From positions 64,001 to 128,000 of the forward strand of contig CAVWBU010000019.1 in assembly GCA_963753345.1 (NCBI GenBank): a DNA stretch of 64,000 nt, given 5' to 3'. The translations under genes and the position numbers were made by a program. Of this stretch, positions 50,688-60,689 are shown piece by piece. The DNA is from an uncultured Fibrobacterota bacterium (GTDB taxonomy: Bacteria; Fibrobacterota; Chitinivibrionia; Chitinivibrionales; FEN-1185). Positions within the stretch are counted from its first letter, which is position 1; the number at the start of each line of letters is the position of its first letter. The notes beneath the pieces were generated by a model, which saw only the letters and a list, made by a program, of their open reading frames with translations, ran no database searches and was not told where the DNA came from.

Positions 50688-50724
50688 TATTTGGTAATAT
50701 AGCCAAATACACGGAAGGAGTCAA
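50688..50724 (-). promoter_or_regulatory. sigma70 promoter with ArsR-type operator
   Basis: Minus strand TTGACT-17 bp-TATATT; inverted repeat TATTTGG-N8-CCAAATA straddles the -10. Confidence 0.7.
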
Positions 50725-50914
50725 GGGAAAAAGGTTTCTTCGAAAAATGAAAGGGACGATACAGCGTTGTGTGAAGCCTTGTGAACAAAAGACATGAAAA
50801 AACGTGGACGCAACCGTATTCCGCAGCGTATCTTAATCGTTTCACCACAGGATTAAGCCAATCGCATTGCCTCGCAGATGAAGAAAGCGCATCACGGAGA
50901 AGCATGGAAATTTC

Positions 50915-51484
50915 ATGAATGAAAGAACCTATCACCGCGGCGTGGAAAGGCTTCGCGAGCCGGGGCGAATGGCGCTCCTGGAGCCCGACCGCGTGGTGCG
51001 ACTCGCCTGCGAGAGCATGGAAATCCGCATGGTGCTCGATGTCGGCACGGGCACGGCAATCTTCGCCGAGGCCTTTGCGCGTGCCGGTCTTGCCGTGGCA
51101 GGTATTGACATAAGCGAAGAAATGCTTGCCGCAGCACGGCGGTTCGTCCCGGGCGGCGACTTCAGGCCCGGGAGCATGGAGAACATCCCGTTTCCAGACT
51201 CATCATTTGATGTCGTGTTTCTCGGGCATGTGCTGCACGAGGCCGACGACGTTGCAACGGCATTGACCGAAGCGAAACGCGTCGCAAAGAAACGGGTTGC
51301 GGTCCTCGAATGGCCGTATGTGGCGGAAGAAATGGGTCCGCCGCTTGGCCACAGGCTCAAACCAGAAAATATAGCCGCCATTGCGGGGAAGGTCGGCTTT
51401 ACAAGAATACAAATTCTTCAACTCAGCCACATGGTGCTGATCGTCATGGATGTCGGAGCGCATGCAGTGAAACGGCAGGAATAA
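50915..51484 (+). CDS. class I SAM-dependent methyltransferase
   Basis: VLDVGTGT, GIDISEEML, PFPDSSFDVV, VLHE. Confidence 0.88.
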   Translation: MNERTYHRGVERLREPGRMALLEPDRVVRLACESMEIRMVLDVGTGTAIFAEAFARAGLAVAGIDISEEMLAAARRFVPGGDFRPGSMENIPFPDSSFDVVFLGHVLHEADDVATALTEAKRVAKKRVAVLEWPYVAEEMGPPLGHRLKPENIAAIAGKVGFTRIQILQLSHMVLIVMDVGAHAVKRQE

Positions 51485-51584
51485 TGTAATGGGTTCAATA
51501 GCTGCGGAAGACTGCATGACGCCGACGGCTCTTGTCAAGGCCGCCATTGCCATCATTATTTACCAATAAACCGGAGTTTCCATC

Positions 51585-51965
51585 ATGCAAACCTCAGTAG
51601 TTCTTCTTGCCGCCATCGGTTGTCTTGCAGGACTCATTGCCGGACTCGTCGGCATCGGCGGCGCCATCATCATGATCCCGGCGCTCATGTTCATTGCCGG
51701 GTTTCCCCAACTCACCGCCACGGGCACGAGCCTTGCGGTCCTCATCATGCCGGTCGGGCTTGCCGCAGTGGTCCAGTATTACCGCGGCGGCAACGTTGAC
51801 ATAAGGGCGGCGGTCATCATTGCGGTGGCGTTCTTTTTCTGCGCATGGGCGGGATCTCTGCTTGCGAAAAGGATAAACCCCGTGGCGCTCAGGATGGGGT
51901 TCGGCGTCTTGATTGCGGCGGTGGGGGTGTACACCGTGTATACGGCGGTGAAAATGATCAAGTGA
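51585..51965 (+). CDS. TauE/SafE (TSUP) family permease, half-size
   Basis: GLVGIGGAIIMIP, ATGTSL, GNVD. Confidence 0.8.
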   Translation: MQTSVVLLAAIGCLAGLIAGLVGIGGAIIMIPALMFIAGFPQLTATGTSLAVLIMPVGLAAVVQYYRGGNVDIRAAVIIAVAFFFCAWAGSLLAKRINPVALRMGFGVLIAAVGVYTVYTAVKMIK

Positions 51966-51972
51966 AGGAGTC

Positions 51973-53568
51973 CTATTTCAGCAGCGGCAGCTTTGCGGTG
52001 ACTCGCTCCCCGTTGATTGTCGCCTTGACAAGGTAAACTCCGCCCGCTGCACCCGCAGTCTTCCAATCGGCATCAGTCGCATTCGCAAATGAAGCCACGC
52101 GCGATCCGTCCATCGCAAAAACGGCAATGTCACCGCGCAACGCCAGACGGATGCGCACGCTGCCTGCCCGAAGGTTTGTGAGAACCTTATTGCAGGGGAG
52201 GCCGCTGTCCCGGCGGCATGCGCCGGCCTCACGGCCGAACCTGCACCGTATTCGTATGCGCCCATGTCAATGCCCGCTCCAAAGGGCCGCGCATTTCCGT
52301 CGAAGTCCACTGCCGTTGCGCCGGCGGACGTGCCTGCGTCAATGGCCGGGCTTCCGGCCTTGAGATGAAAGTCGGCGACCGCGGGATCAACGGAAGGATT
52401 TACAAACAGCGGATCTGCTTCCTTGTCATGCGCTCCTGTCTTTCCTATAAGTGAAGCCACCGGGCTCCCGCTTGCGCTCCAGTAGAGATTGTAGTCAACC
52501 AATAGATTTGTGTTCGGACAACAGTCCTGCATCACATATCTGCCTGCCGGAGCATACATGATGTTGTTGAGAATCCTGGTGTTCTTGCCCTGATTCGGGA
52601 AGATTTGTCCGCGGTTTATCTCCTTGCCGTCTGGTCATTCATGTAAGCCGTATTATTGATCACATCAACATGATTCGTCTTGAATAAGCGTAATGCCGTC
52701 CCCGCCGTTGTTGAACACCACGTTGTTTTCAAGCAGCATCCGCCCCGTGTAGGCCGGAATATTGCCCGCGGTCCCGTCCTGGATGTCGATGATGATGCCT
52801 TCGCCGTCGGTGGGAACGACTGCCGCCTTGGATGGCGGGAATGCAATTCTTGTTTGAAAAACAGATGTTGCGGCAAACAAAGACTTTGTAGTCCGTGGTG
52901 TCGTTGTCGAAATTGTAATTCCAGCCGAGCGAGATCCCGCTGCAGTCATACGGGGAATACCAGGCGTTGTTATACACGGTGTTCTCTTCGATGGTGATGT
53001 AATCGGTGGTCTGCGTCGAGATGCCGCCGCCGCCGCAGTCGTGCACACTGCACTTCCGTATGACAATGTGGTGCGGGTACGGCGACGTGCCGCTCTGGTA
53101 CGACATGATGCCGTTGCCGGAGGTGAGGCAGTTGTCGCCGTCGGCCCTGTCCGCGTAGGCGGTCGCCGAATCCATGGCGGCGTTGTTGCCGATTATTTCG
53201 AGACCGCAGATTTCGATGTAGCTCGCCCCGGTTATGTAAATCCCGCCCCAGCCGTTGAATTGCAGTTTAGGATGATGGGTCGGATACGCCGTGTACACGA
53301 TCCATGCGGATGGCAAGCCCGAACGGGTGATGTTGACCACGGTGCCGTTCCACCAGCTGTTGGTGTAGGTGCCGTTCATGATGAAGACGGTGTCTCCCGG
53401 ATTGGTGGAATCCGCCGCCGCCTGGATGGTTGAAAACGGGTGCGCCGGGGTGCCGTCCATGTCGCCGCTTGCGGAGGCGGAAACGTAGCGGTTCGCGGCC
53501 TGCGGGGTGGAGAAAAGGCAGAGGGAGAGAATCGGAACGAGAAGGATTCGAGAGGTGCGATGTGCCAT
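51973..53568 (-). pseudogene. secreted right-handed beta-helix protein with T9SS-like tail, broken by ~4 indels (pseudogene or read error)
   Basis: Signal peptide, PF.TIQ.AAD..PGDTV, VHDCGGGGI, TDGEGIIID, INNTAYMN, DFHLKAGSPAIDAG..DMGAYE, GGVYLVKA spread over five ORF pieces. Confidence 0.75.
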
Positions 53569-53619
53569 AAGTACCCCCTGGTTCATGAGTTCCGGGTGTT
53601 TCTTGACAAATGGGCGCGG

Positions 53620-53775
53620 CTAGTACCGGCGCCGGATGTAATTGACAATTGCAACGCTCGCCACGATATAGACCAGCATAATAATGATGCGGGATGTTCC
53701 GTGCGGCAAAAAGACGAGCAGCAGCACAAAGATGACAATTTGGATCGCCCATGCGGCTTTGGAGACGTTGGACAT
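53620..53775 (-). CDS. 51-aa two-TM membrane peptide
   Basis: MSNVSKAAWAIQIVIFVLLLVFLPHGTSRIIIMLVYIVASVAIVNYIRRRY with GGAGGT RBS. Confidence 0.55.
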   Translation of the reverse strand: MSNVSKAAWAIQIVIFVLLLVFLPHGTSRIIIMLVYIVASVAIVNYIRRRY

Positions 53776-54086
53776 GGTCACCTCCATTCATATATGGTAT
53801 TGGCATACCAGGATGATGTCAAGGAAAATGCAGGTTGTCCCTGGGTAAGACTTCATCTCATTAACTGTCCGGCGCCATCCGACCAAGGGTCGTGCCGGCC
53901 GCAACGCCACATTACGTTTTCTGGCAGAAAACGGTTTTTTCTCCTGCCTGTTGAAAAACCCGTTTGAATCCGTTATTATTATAGCAGACAAAGACACGGT
54001 CACGAGGGAGGCGGATGCGCGTGGCACCCTGCACAGCAGCCACTTCCCGCGAAAATAGTATGTGAGGGCGGAAAGGGGGGCTGTTC

Positions 54087-54863
54087 ATGCGCATCGCTTT
54101 TCTGGTAGCAATAGGGTTGATTCCTTTCAATTTCGTGAAGATCATTCTCTATCGGATAATCTTCCGATTTCCCATCGCCCGCCGGTGCAGGATTGGAATG
54201 AGCCTTATTCTGTGCGACAAGGTCTCGCTGGAGGAGGGTGTGAGCATCGGCAATTTCAACGTCATATCCAATACAAGGAATCTTGTCATGAAAACCGGCT
54301 CTTGTCTGGGTAGCGGGAACATCATCAAGAACCTCAACACGCTTACCATCGGGCAAGGCGCCAGGATAGGGAATAGGAACCATTTCAGCCGGGAGCCGAT
54401 ACTGTGTAGGTCCGGAAACTTCACCCTCGGCAGGAATTCGATGATAACGGCACGGCATCTTTTCGATGTCACCGAGGACATCAGTATTGGAAGAGGAACC
54501 GTAATCGCGGGCAACGGCACGCAGTTCTGGACGCATGGTTTTGACATTTGCCGCAACGGAATCGTGGCGCCAATCCGCATCAAAAACAACTGTTATTTCG
54601 GCTCATCCTGCCTTGTCAACCTCGGAGTCACCATGGAAAGCGACAACCAGATTGCGTTCGGGACGGTCGTATCGAAATCCATCACGACAAGGTTCGGTTT
54701 CTGGACCAGCAACCAGCTTGTCAGGAAGAAAGACTGCCTCAACGTAAGCGAAGAGAAGAATTATGTGATCGAGGCTTCTCCCACAACGATTCCAATGTAC
54801 CATAAGTACTCAGAGGCGCTTTCCACGGAAGCTATGGCGGAGTTCAGCACCTGCCTCACCTGA
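54087..54863 (+). CDS. left-handed beta-helix (hexapeptide repeat) acyltransferase-like protein
   Basis: Repeated [LIV]G.. hexads; FWTHG. Confidence 0.75.
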   Translation: MRIAFLVAIGLIPFNFVKIILYRIIFRFPIARRCRIGMSLILCDKVSLEEGVSIGNFNVISNTRNLVMKTGSCLGSGNIIKNLNTLTIGQGARIGNRNHFSREPILCRSGNFTLGRNSMITARHLFDVTEDISIGRGTVIAGNGTQFWTHGFDICRNGIVAPIRIKNNCYFGSSCLVNLGVTMESDNQIAFGTVVSKSITTRFGFWTSNQLVRKKDCLNVSEEKNYVIEASPTTIPMYHKYSEALSTEAMAEFSTCLT

Positions 54864-54868
54864 TGGAA

Positions 54869-55300
54869 CTAGATCATATAGTTGACATCATGCGCCGCCG
54901 ACCCGTCCAGGATGTCCTGCAGAGATATTTCCGACAGCGTTTTCACTTCTGCGTCATATAGTTTTTTCCACACCTGCCGCGCCGGGCACCACGGTGTTTT
55001 TTCGCATACAGCACGGTTTTCCAGGCACTCGACCGGCGCAACAGACCCTTCGAGTGCGTTGACAATGTCAAGAACGGTGATCTTCGACGGGGAAAGCCGG
55101 AGCACGAACCCTCCTCCCGCGCCGCGGGTGGTGCTCACGAGTTTCTTTTCACGGAGCGAAGTGAGGATATTCTCAAGATAGGCTTTTGTGACATGCTGCG
55201 TCTTGGAAATGCCGCTTCGGGAGAGGGGCCCGGCGTTGAAATTCCGGGCCAGTTCAATCATCGCGCGCAGACCATAGCGGCACCTTGTTGATATCTTCAT
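54869..55300 (-). CDS. Rrf2-family transcriptional regulator (CymR/IscR-like)
   Basis: MKISTRCRYGLRAM, YLENI, STTRGAGGGF, three Cys (C-x6-C-x5-C). Confidence 0.92.
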   Translation of the reverse strand: MKISTRCRYGLRAMIELARNFNAGPLSRSGISKTQHVTKAYLENILTSLREKKLVSTTRGAGGGFVLRLSPSKITVLDIVNALEGSVAPVECLENRAVCEKTPWCPARQVWKKLYDAEVKTLSEISLQDILDGSAAHDVNYMI

Positions 55301-55329
55301 GGTATTCAGCCCTTCGGCCGCGCGTTGCC

Positions 55330-55593
55330 TCAGATGCCCGTGCCCTCGGCAAAAAATTCCTCGATTTTTTTCAGGCTTTCTTCCTCATCGCCGCCCTCCG
55401 CAAAAACCTCGATCTCCGCTCCTTGGGCGGCCGCGAGCATAAGGATCTGCAGCACCGATCCGCCGTCGGCCGTCTGGCCGTCTTTTTTTAACGTGATCCT
55501 CGACGAAAGGGCCTTGGTGACCGCGGCGATGGCATAGGCCACGCGGGCGTGGAGCCCGTGGGTCTGGCGTACGATGAACTTTCCGGTGCGCAT
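55330..55593 (-). CDS. HPr-family phosphocarrier
   Basis: GLHAR (His15), ADGGSVLQILML (Ser46 region), EGGDE. Confidence 0.85.
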   Translation of the reverse strand: MRTGKFIVRQTHGLHARVAYAIAAVTKALSSRITLKKDGQTADGGSVLQILMLAAAQGAEIEVFAEGGDEEESLKKIEEFFAEGTGI

Positions 55594-55622
55594 TGCGGGG
55601 ACGACCTCCGTGGCGGCAAAAC

Positions 55623-56912
55623 CTAGACCAACGCCAGCGCTTCGTCAAGCGCGTCCGTCAAGTCATCGATATGTTCCAGCCCGATGGACAGGCGGATGAG
55701 GTCGGGCGTGAGCCCGCCCTCGAGCTGCTGCTGCGTGGACAATTGCGAGTGCGACGTGCTCGCCGGGTGAAGGATAAGGCTCTTGGCGTCGCCCACGTTC
55801 GCCAGGTGCGAAAACAGCCCGATGCCGTCGATCACCTTGACGGCCGCGTCGTATCCGCCCTTGATGCCGAACACCACCATGCCGCCGAAACCGTTGGCAA
55901 GATACCGGCTCGCAACGGCGTGCGCCGGGTCGTTGGGAAGCCCGGGATAGCGCACCCACGAGACCTTGGGATGCTTTGCGAGGTGCTTGGCAACGGCCAG
56001 GGCGTTCTCCGAGTGGCGGATCATGCGGACCGCCAGCGATTCGAGCCCCTGCAGAAAGATCCACGAATTGTCGGGCGAGATGCAGGCGCCCAGGTTGCGT
56101 AGCGGCACGGTTCTCACCCGTAAAGCGAACGCGATCGGCGCAAGCGGACCCGGAAGGTCGAGCGCCCAGCGCAGGCCGTGATAGTTCCCGTCGGGTTCGG
56201 TGAACAGCGGGTGCCGGCCCGCCTTCCAGTCGAATTTTCCGGAATCGGTGATGATGCCGCCGATGGCCGTGCCGTGGCCGCCTATCCACTTTGTCAACGA
56301 GTTTATAACGATGTCGGCGCCGTGCTCGATAGTGCACAGGAGAAACGGCGTGGTAAACGTACCGTCCACGATAAGAGGCACGCCGCGGCGGTGCGCTGCG
56401 TCGGCGACGGCCTTGATGTCGGTAAAATCAAGCTTCGGGTTTCCAATCGTTTCTACGAACACGGCACGGGTCTTGTCCGTTATCGCCTTTTCGAAATTCC
56501 GCGGGTCGTGCGGGTCCACAAAGCGGGTGGTTATGCCCAGTTTTGGCAGGATGGCGTCGAACTGCGTGTACGTTCCGCCGTACAGGTTGTTTGCCGAAAC
56601 GATCTCGTCTCCCGCCTGCGCGAGCGTGATGATCGAATAGAAGACCGCCGACGATCCGGACGACACCGCGACTGAAGCCGCGCCTCCCTCAAGCTGCGAC
56701 ACGCGCTGCTCAAGAACGTCGGTGGTGGGATTGGTGAGCCGGGAATAAATGTTTCCCAATTCCTTGAGAGCGAATAGATTCGCCGCGTGCTGCGTGTTCT
56801 TGAACACATAGGAGCTGGTCCGGTACACGGGCACGGCCCGGGACTGAGTTGCGTCAACGGTCTGGCCGGCATGAAGGGCCAACGTTTCGAAACGATAGGG
56901 TTTTTTGCTCAT
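55623..56912 (-). CDS. metY: O-acetylhomoserine/O-acetylserine sulfhydrylase
   Basis: FETLALHAG, NIYSRLTNPT, SLTKWIGGHG, HLANVGDAKSLILHPASTSHSQL. Confidence 0.88.
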   Translation of the reverse strand: MSKKPYRFETLALHAGQTVDATQSRAVPVYRTSSYVFKNTQHAANLFALKELGNIYSRLTNPTTDVLEQRVSQLEGGAASVAVSSGSSAVFYSIITLAQAGDEIVSANNLYGGTYTQFDAILPKLGITTRFVDPHDPRNFEKAITDKTRAVFVETIGNPKLDFTDIKAVADAAHRRGVPLIVDGTFTTPFLLCTIEHGADIVINSLTKWIGGHGTAIGGIITDSGKFDWKAGRHPLFTEPDGNYHGLRWALDLPGPLAPIAFALRVRTVPLRNLGACISPDNSWIFLQGLESLAVRMIRHSENALAVAKHLAKHPKVSWVRYPGLPNDPAHAVASRYLANGFGGMVVFGIKGGYDAAVKVIDGIGLFSHLANVGDAKSLILHPASTSHSQLSTQQQLEGGLTPDLIRLSIGLEHIDDLTDALDEALALV

Positions 56913-56950
56913 TGTTTATTTCTCCGGTGAGATCAATGTTCTTATGTCAA

Positions 56951-57895
56951 TTAATGTGCCGGTGTTTCAGCCGGTTCGTCCCAAAGCCAGGTGCTCAGGT
57001 AGCGCTCGCCGGTGTCGGGAAGAACCGCCACGATCAGTTTCCCGGCATTTTCTTCCCGCTGCGCAACCTGCAGGGCGGCCCAGAGCGCCGCGCCCGATGA
57101 AATTCCCACAAATATACCTTCTTTTTGTGCAAGCATTCTTGCCGTGGCGCCGGCGTCCTCTTCCTTCACCTTGATTATTTCATCCACGGTTTTCCCGTTG
57201 TAAACGCCGGGCACGAACCCTGCTCCAATGCCCTGTATTTTGTGCGGTCCCGGTTTTCCGCCGGAAAGTACGGGTGATTTTTCCGGCTCAACGCCAACGA
57301 TTTTCACGGATTCCTTGCGGCTCTTGAGGACTTCGCCCACGCCGGTAATGGTTCCTCCGGTTCCCACGCCGGCGACAAATATGTCCACGCCGCCGTCGGT
57401 GTCGTTCCATATTTCCTCCGCAGTCGTCTTCCTGTGGATTTCCGGGTTTGCGGGGTTGTTGAACTGCTGAGGCAGGAATGAATTCGGCGTCTTTGCCGTG
57501 AGTTCCTCGGCTTTTTCCACGGCTCCCCTCATCCCTTTGGCTCCTTCGGTAAGCACCAGTTCTGCTCCCAGCGACGTGAGAATTTTCCTGCGTTCCACGC
57601 TCATGGTCTCGGGCATGGTGAGGATGAGCCTGTATCCGCGTGCGGCAGCGACAAAGGCAAGCGCGATGCCGGTGTTACCGCTTGTCGGCTCGATGATGAC
57701 GCTGCCTTTCTTCAGGAGGCCTTTCTTTTCCGCGTCCTCGATCATGGCAAGTCCGATCCGGTCCTTCACGCTCGACATCGGGTTGAAGGATTCAAGCTTG
57801 GCAACGATCCGCGCCTTGCCGTTTTGGTTGAGCTTGTTGATCTGAACCAGCGGCGTGTTACCGATGAGTCTGGTGATGTCTGCAGCGATTTTCAT
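56951..57895 (-). CDS. cysK: cysteine synthase A
   Basis: [48 protein letters not shown]. Confidence 0.96.
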   Translation of the reverse strand: MKIAADITRLIGNTPLVQINKLNQNGKARIVAKLESFNPMSSVKDRIGLAMIEDAEKKGLLKKGSVIIEPTSGNTGIALAFVAAARGYRLILTMPETMSVERRKILTSLGAELVLTEGAKGMRGAVEKAEELTAKTPNSFLPQQFNNPANPEIHRKTTAEEIWNDTDGGVDIFVAGVGTGGTITGVGEVLKSRKESVKIVGVEPEKSPVLSGGKPGPHKIQGIGAGFVPGVYNGKTVDEIIKVKEEDAGATARMLAQKEGIFVGISSGAALWAALQVAQREENAGKLIVAVLPDTGERYLSTWLWDEPAETPAH

Positions 57896-57977
57896 GAGAC
57901 CTCCCTCCCGGAGTTATGTTCTGTTCACATCAATTGGTATTACGGAACAATGTCAACCATGTTTATAAACTATCATT

Positions 57978-58006
57978 AATATAACGAAAATTCGGATCCG
58001 TGTCAA
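57978..58006 (-). promoter_or_regulatory. sigma70 promoter of the cysK operon
   Basis: Minus strand TTGACA-17 bp-TATATT. Confidence 0.7.
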
Positions 58007-58101
58007 CAGAAAAGGTTTGCATGTTCAATCGTGATTCTGAAAGCAACGTTTTTCGGGCCCAATCGTCGCATGTTGGGCAGGTCGGGTCGTTTTGCCTGCT
58101 G

Positions 58102-59034
58102 TTATTCTTTCAAGAATGTCACAATAAGTTCGTTGAATTCCTCGGTGGCCTCGAACGGGGCCATGTGCCCGATGCCCTTGAGGACAACTACCTGAGCGGC
58201 AGGAATGGCCTCCTCGAACTCGCGGACCTGGCTTTTGCGAACCGTCTTGTCGTCGTCGCCCCAGATAAGCATGATGCGGGAGATGGCTTCCCCGGTCTTC
58301 CGGTAGTAGGGCCGGTAATCAAGTACCGCTGCGTTCCGGAAAAACGATATGAGTGACCGCTGGAATCCCTTGATGGAGGCCTGCTCGATAAACAGGTCTG
58401 CGTAATGGTCGGGCATTCCCCGCGCAAGGAGCGTGCGGCGGATATCGCCTTCAATCTGTTTTTTAAGCTGTCTTCTCACAAACGTGGCGCCGACCGATGA
58501 TTTTGTCAACAGCTTGGCAACGTCGCCGAGCGGGTCGACCACGGGCGCTGCAAAGATCATCCGGTCGACACGGTCCGGATGCCGGGAGGCATACGCGGCG
58601 ATAATTGCGCAGCCGAACGAGATTCCCACCAGCGATACGGGTTTTCGTATTCCGAGAGTGTCAAGCAGACGGCCAAGCTGGTCGCAATACAAGTCGATCC
58701 CGTAATCCGCGACAGGCCTGTCGGAGTAACCGCGGCCGAAATGATCATACCGCAGCACCCGGAAGCCCGCGTCGGCAAGGACCGTTACCTGCCTGTCCCA
58801 TGTCCACTGCGGCAGGGTGGAGCCGTGGACGAGCACCACGGTTCGCCCTGTGTCAGGCCCCAGAAGCTCGTAGTGGGTCATTCCCATGGGGAGTGCGGCA
58901 TAGCTGCCGCCGGCCTGCGTTCTCAGATGGTCGTCGAGATCGTTCACTTCCCACGGCGGGAAATCGCCGGTGGACTTGCATGCTACTGAAAGACAGGCAA
59001 GGGCCGCAAGCAAAACGAGGAAGGAATTTCTCAT
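58102..59034 (-). CDS. alpha/beta hydrolase, probable lipoprotein
   Basis: Lipobox LSVAC, LVHG, GRGYS, GISFG nucleophile elbow, WGDDD, GH. Confidence 0.85.
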   Translation of the reverse strand: MRNSFLVLLAALACLSVACKSTGDFPPWEVNDLDDHLRTQAGGSYAALPMGMTHYELLGPDTGRTVVLVHGSTLPQWTWDRQVTVLADAGFRVLRYDHFGRGYSDRPVADYGIDLYCDQLGRLLDTLGIRKPVSLVGISFGCAIIAAYASRHPDRVDRMIFAAPVVDPLGDVAKLLTKSSVGATFVRRQLKKQIEGDIRRTLLARGMPDHYADLFIEQASIKGFQRSLISFFRNAAVLDYRPYYRKTGEAISRIMLIWGDDDKTVRKSQVREFEEAIPAAQVVVLKGIGHMAPFEATEEFNELIVTFLKE

Positions 59035-59121
59035 GCAACACAATATGGATGATGCCGCAATGGTGCTTATCATTCCTGTGCAATTCTTTTCCCCTGCGAC
59101 ATTCTCTCTCGGCAAGAGGCC

Positions 59122-59433
59122 TCAGACAAACTCGCTCAGCACCTGCTTGAGCTGCACAAGCGGCATGGCGCCGGCAATGCGGTGTGCTTCCGACCCTTTC
59201 AAAAAGAGAATGAGCGTGGGAATCGCGGTGATGTTGAACTGCTGGGCGAGAAGCGGTTTCCGCTCCGTATCGATCTTTATCACGGTTACTCTATCTTTCC
59301 ATTCCTTTGCCAGCTCCTGAAGGATGGGGGCCATCATCTTGCACGGGCCGCACCATTCGGCCCAGAAATCCGCGAGAATCGGCTTGTCGTGCGTGCGGAT
59401 GAATTCGTCGAGGCTTTGGGGCATAGTGTTCAT
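59122..59433 (-). CDS. trxA: thioredoxin
   Basis: DFWAEWCGPCK, IPT. Confidence 0.92.
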   Translation of the reverse strand: MNTMPQSLDEFIRTHDKPILADFWAEWCGPCKMMAPILQELAKEWKDRVTVIKIDTERKPLLAQQFNITAIPTLILFLKGSEAHRIAGAMPLVQLKQVLSEFV

Positions 59434-59636
59434 GTGAAGAGGTCTCCCTTGGATGAAAAACCGAAATTCCCTCATCCTTATTTGAAAATAAAATAGGAAT
59501 TTGGCCCACGCCTGTCAAACAATACCCCCTTCCTTTGTTTCAGAGGCAACCACCTCCTCCATATCATATATTTTGCTTTGATCATGTCGATATTGTCCTT
59601 GTTGTGCGATCGGATTTTCCCATTTCAAGGGGTTCC

Positions 59637-60689
59637 ATGGCGAAAGTGATATCCGTCGGCCTCGTCGGCTACGGCATTGCCGGTCGCGTATTTCATGCGC
59701 CGCTTATTTCATCCGTTCACGGCCTGCGCCTTGTCTCGGTGGTGGAGCGCCATGGCGAGACTTCGCGCGATCGATACCCGGACGTTGCAGTTGTCAAGGA
59801 CGCTTTCGAGCTCTTCCGTGATGAAGGCATTGAGCTTGTGGTGATTGCCACGCCCAACACCGCACATTACGAGCTTGCCCGCGCCGCGCTGCTTGCAGGG
59901 AAGCACGTTGTGGTGGATAAACCGTTTACGGTATTGTCAAGCGAGGCCCGGGAGCTAATAGAATTTGCCAAGAACCAACAAAGAATCCTGAGCGTGTTCC
60001 AGAACAGGCGGTGGGACGGCGATTTTCTCACCGTCTCCGAAATCGTCCGCGCACAACGCCTGGGCCGTCTGGCTGAGTTTGCGTCGAGTTTCGACCGCTT
60101 TCGGCCCGGGCTCAAGCCGGGCGCGTGGCGCGAGCAGCCCGGTCCGGGTGCGGGATTGCTGTACGACCTCGGACCGCATCTCATTGACCAGGCGCTCGTG
60201 CTGTTCGGCATGCCGAAGTCGCTGCGCGCCGACATCAGGATAGAACGCGACAACAGCACGACCGATGACCGGTTCGAGGTCGTGCTGAAGTACGAAACGC
60301 TCGCGGTGACGCTCGGGGCAGGCATGCTGGCGCGCGAGCCGCGGCCCCGGTTTATGCTCCGCGGCACGCGGGGCTCGTTTGTCAAGAACGGCCTTGACCC
60401 CCAGGAAGATGCACTGCGGCGGGGCGGGACGCCGCACGACAGGGGCTGGGGCGTGGAGGAGCCGGCGCGATGGGGAACAATTGATACGAGCGACGGCCCG
60501 AAGGGGCGGCGGGAGACAGTGGCAACGCTGCCAGGGCAATACCAGTCGTTCTACGAAAATGTTTATGATGCGATTGTCAACGGCGCGGCGCTGGTCGTGA
60601 CGCCGGAACAGGCACGGGACGTTGTACGGATCATAGAACTCGCGATGGAGAGCAGCCGGGAGGGAAGAACGGTGGAGGTGCCCGCATGA
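59637..60689 (+). CDS. Gfo/Idh/MocA oxidoreductase (YdgJ/IolW-like)
   Basis: GLVGYG..FHAP, HVVVDKPF, FQNRRWDGDF, DLGPHLIDQ. Confidence 0.92.
   Translation: MAKVISVGLVGYGIAGRVFHAPLISSVHGLRLVSVVERHGETSRDRYPDVAVVKDAFELFRDEGIELVVIATPNTAHYELARAALLAGKHVVVDKPFTVLSSEARELIEFAKNQQRILSVFQNRRWDGDFLTVSEIVRAQRLGRLAEFASSFDRFRPGLKPGAWREQPGPGAGLLYDLGPHLIDQALVLFGMPKSLRADIRIERDNSTTDDRFEVVLKYETLAVTLGAGMLAREPRPRFMLRGTRGSFVKNGLDPQEDALRRGGTPHDRGWGVEEPARWGTIDTSDGPKGRRETVATLPGQYQSFYENVYDAIVNGAALVVTPEQARDVVRIIELAMESSREGRTVEVPA

Noticed and set aside
50915-51484. Arsenite methyltransferase ArsM
   Set aside because: Only 189 aa with a single Cys; it lacks the multiple conserved cysteines of ArsM.
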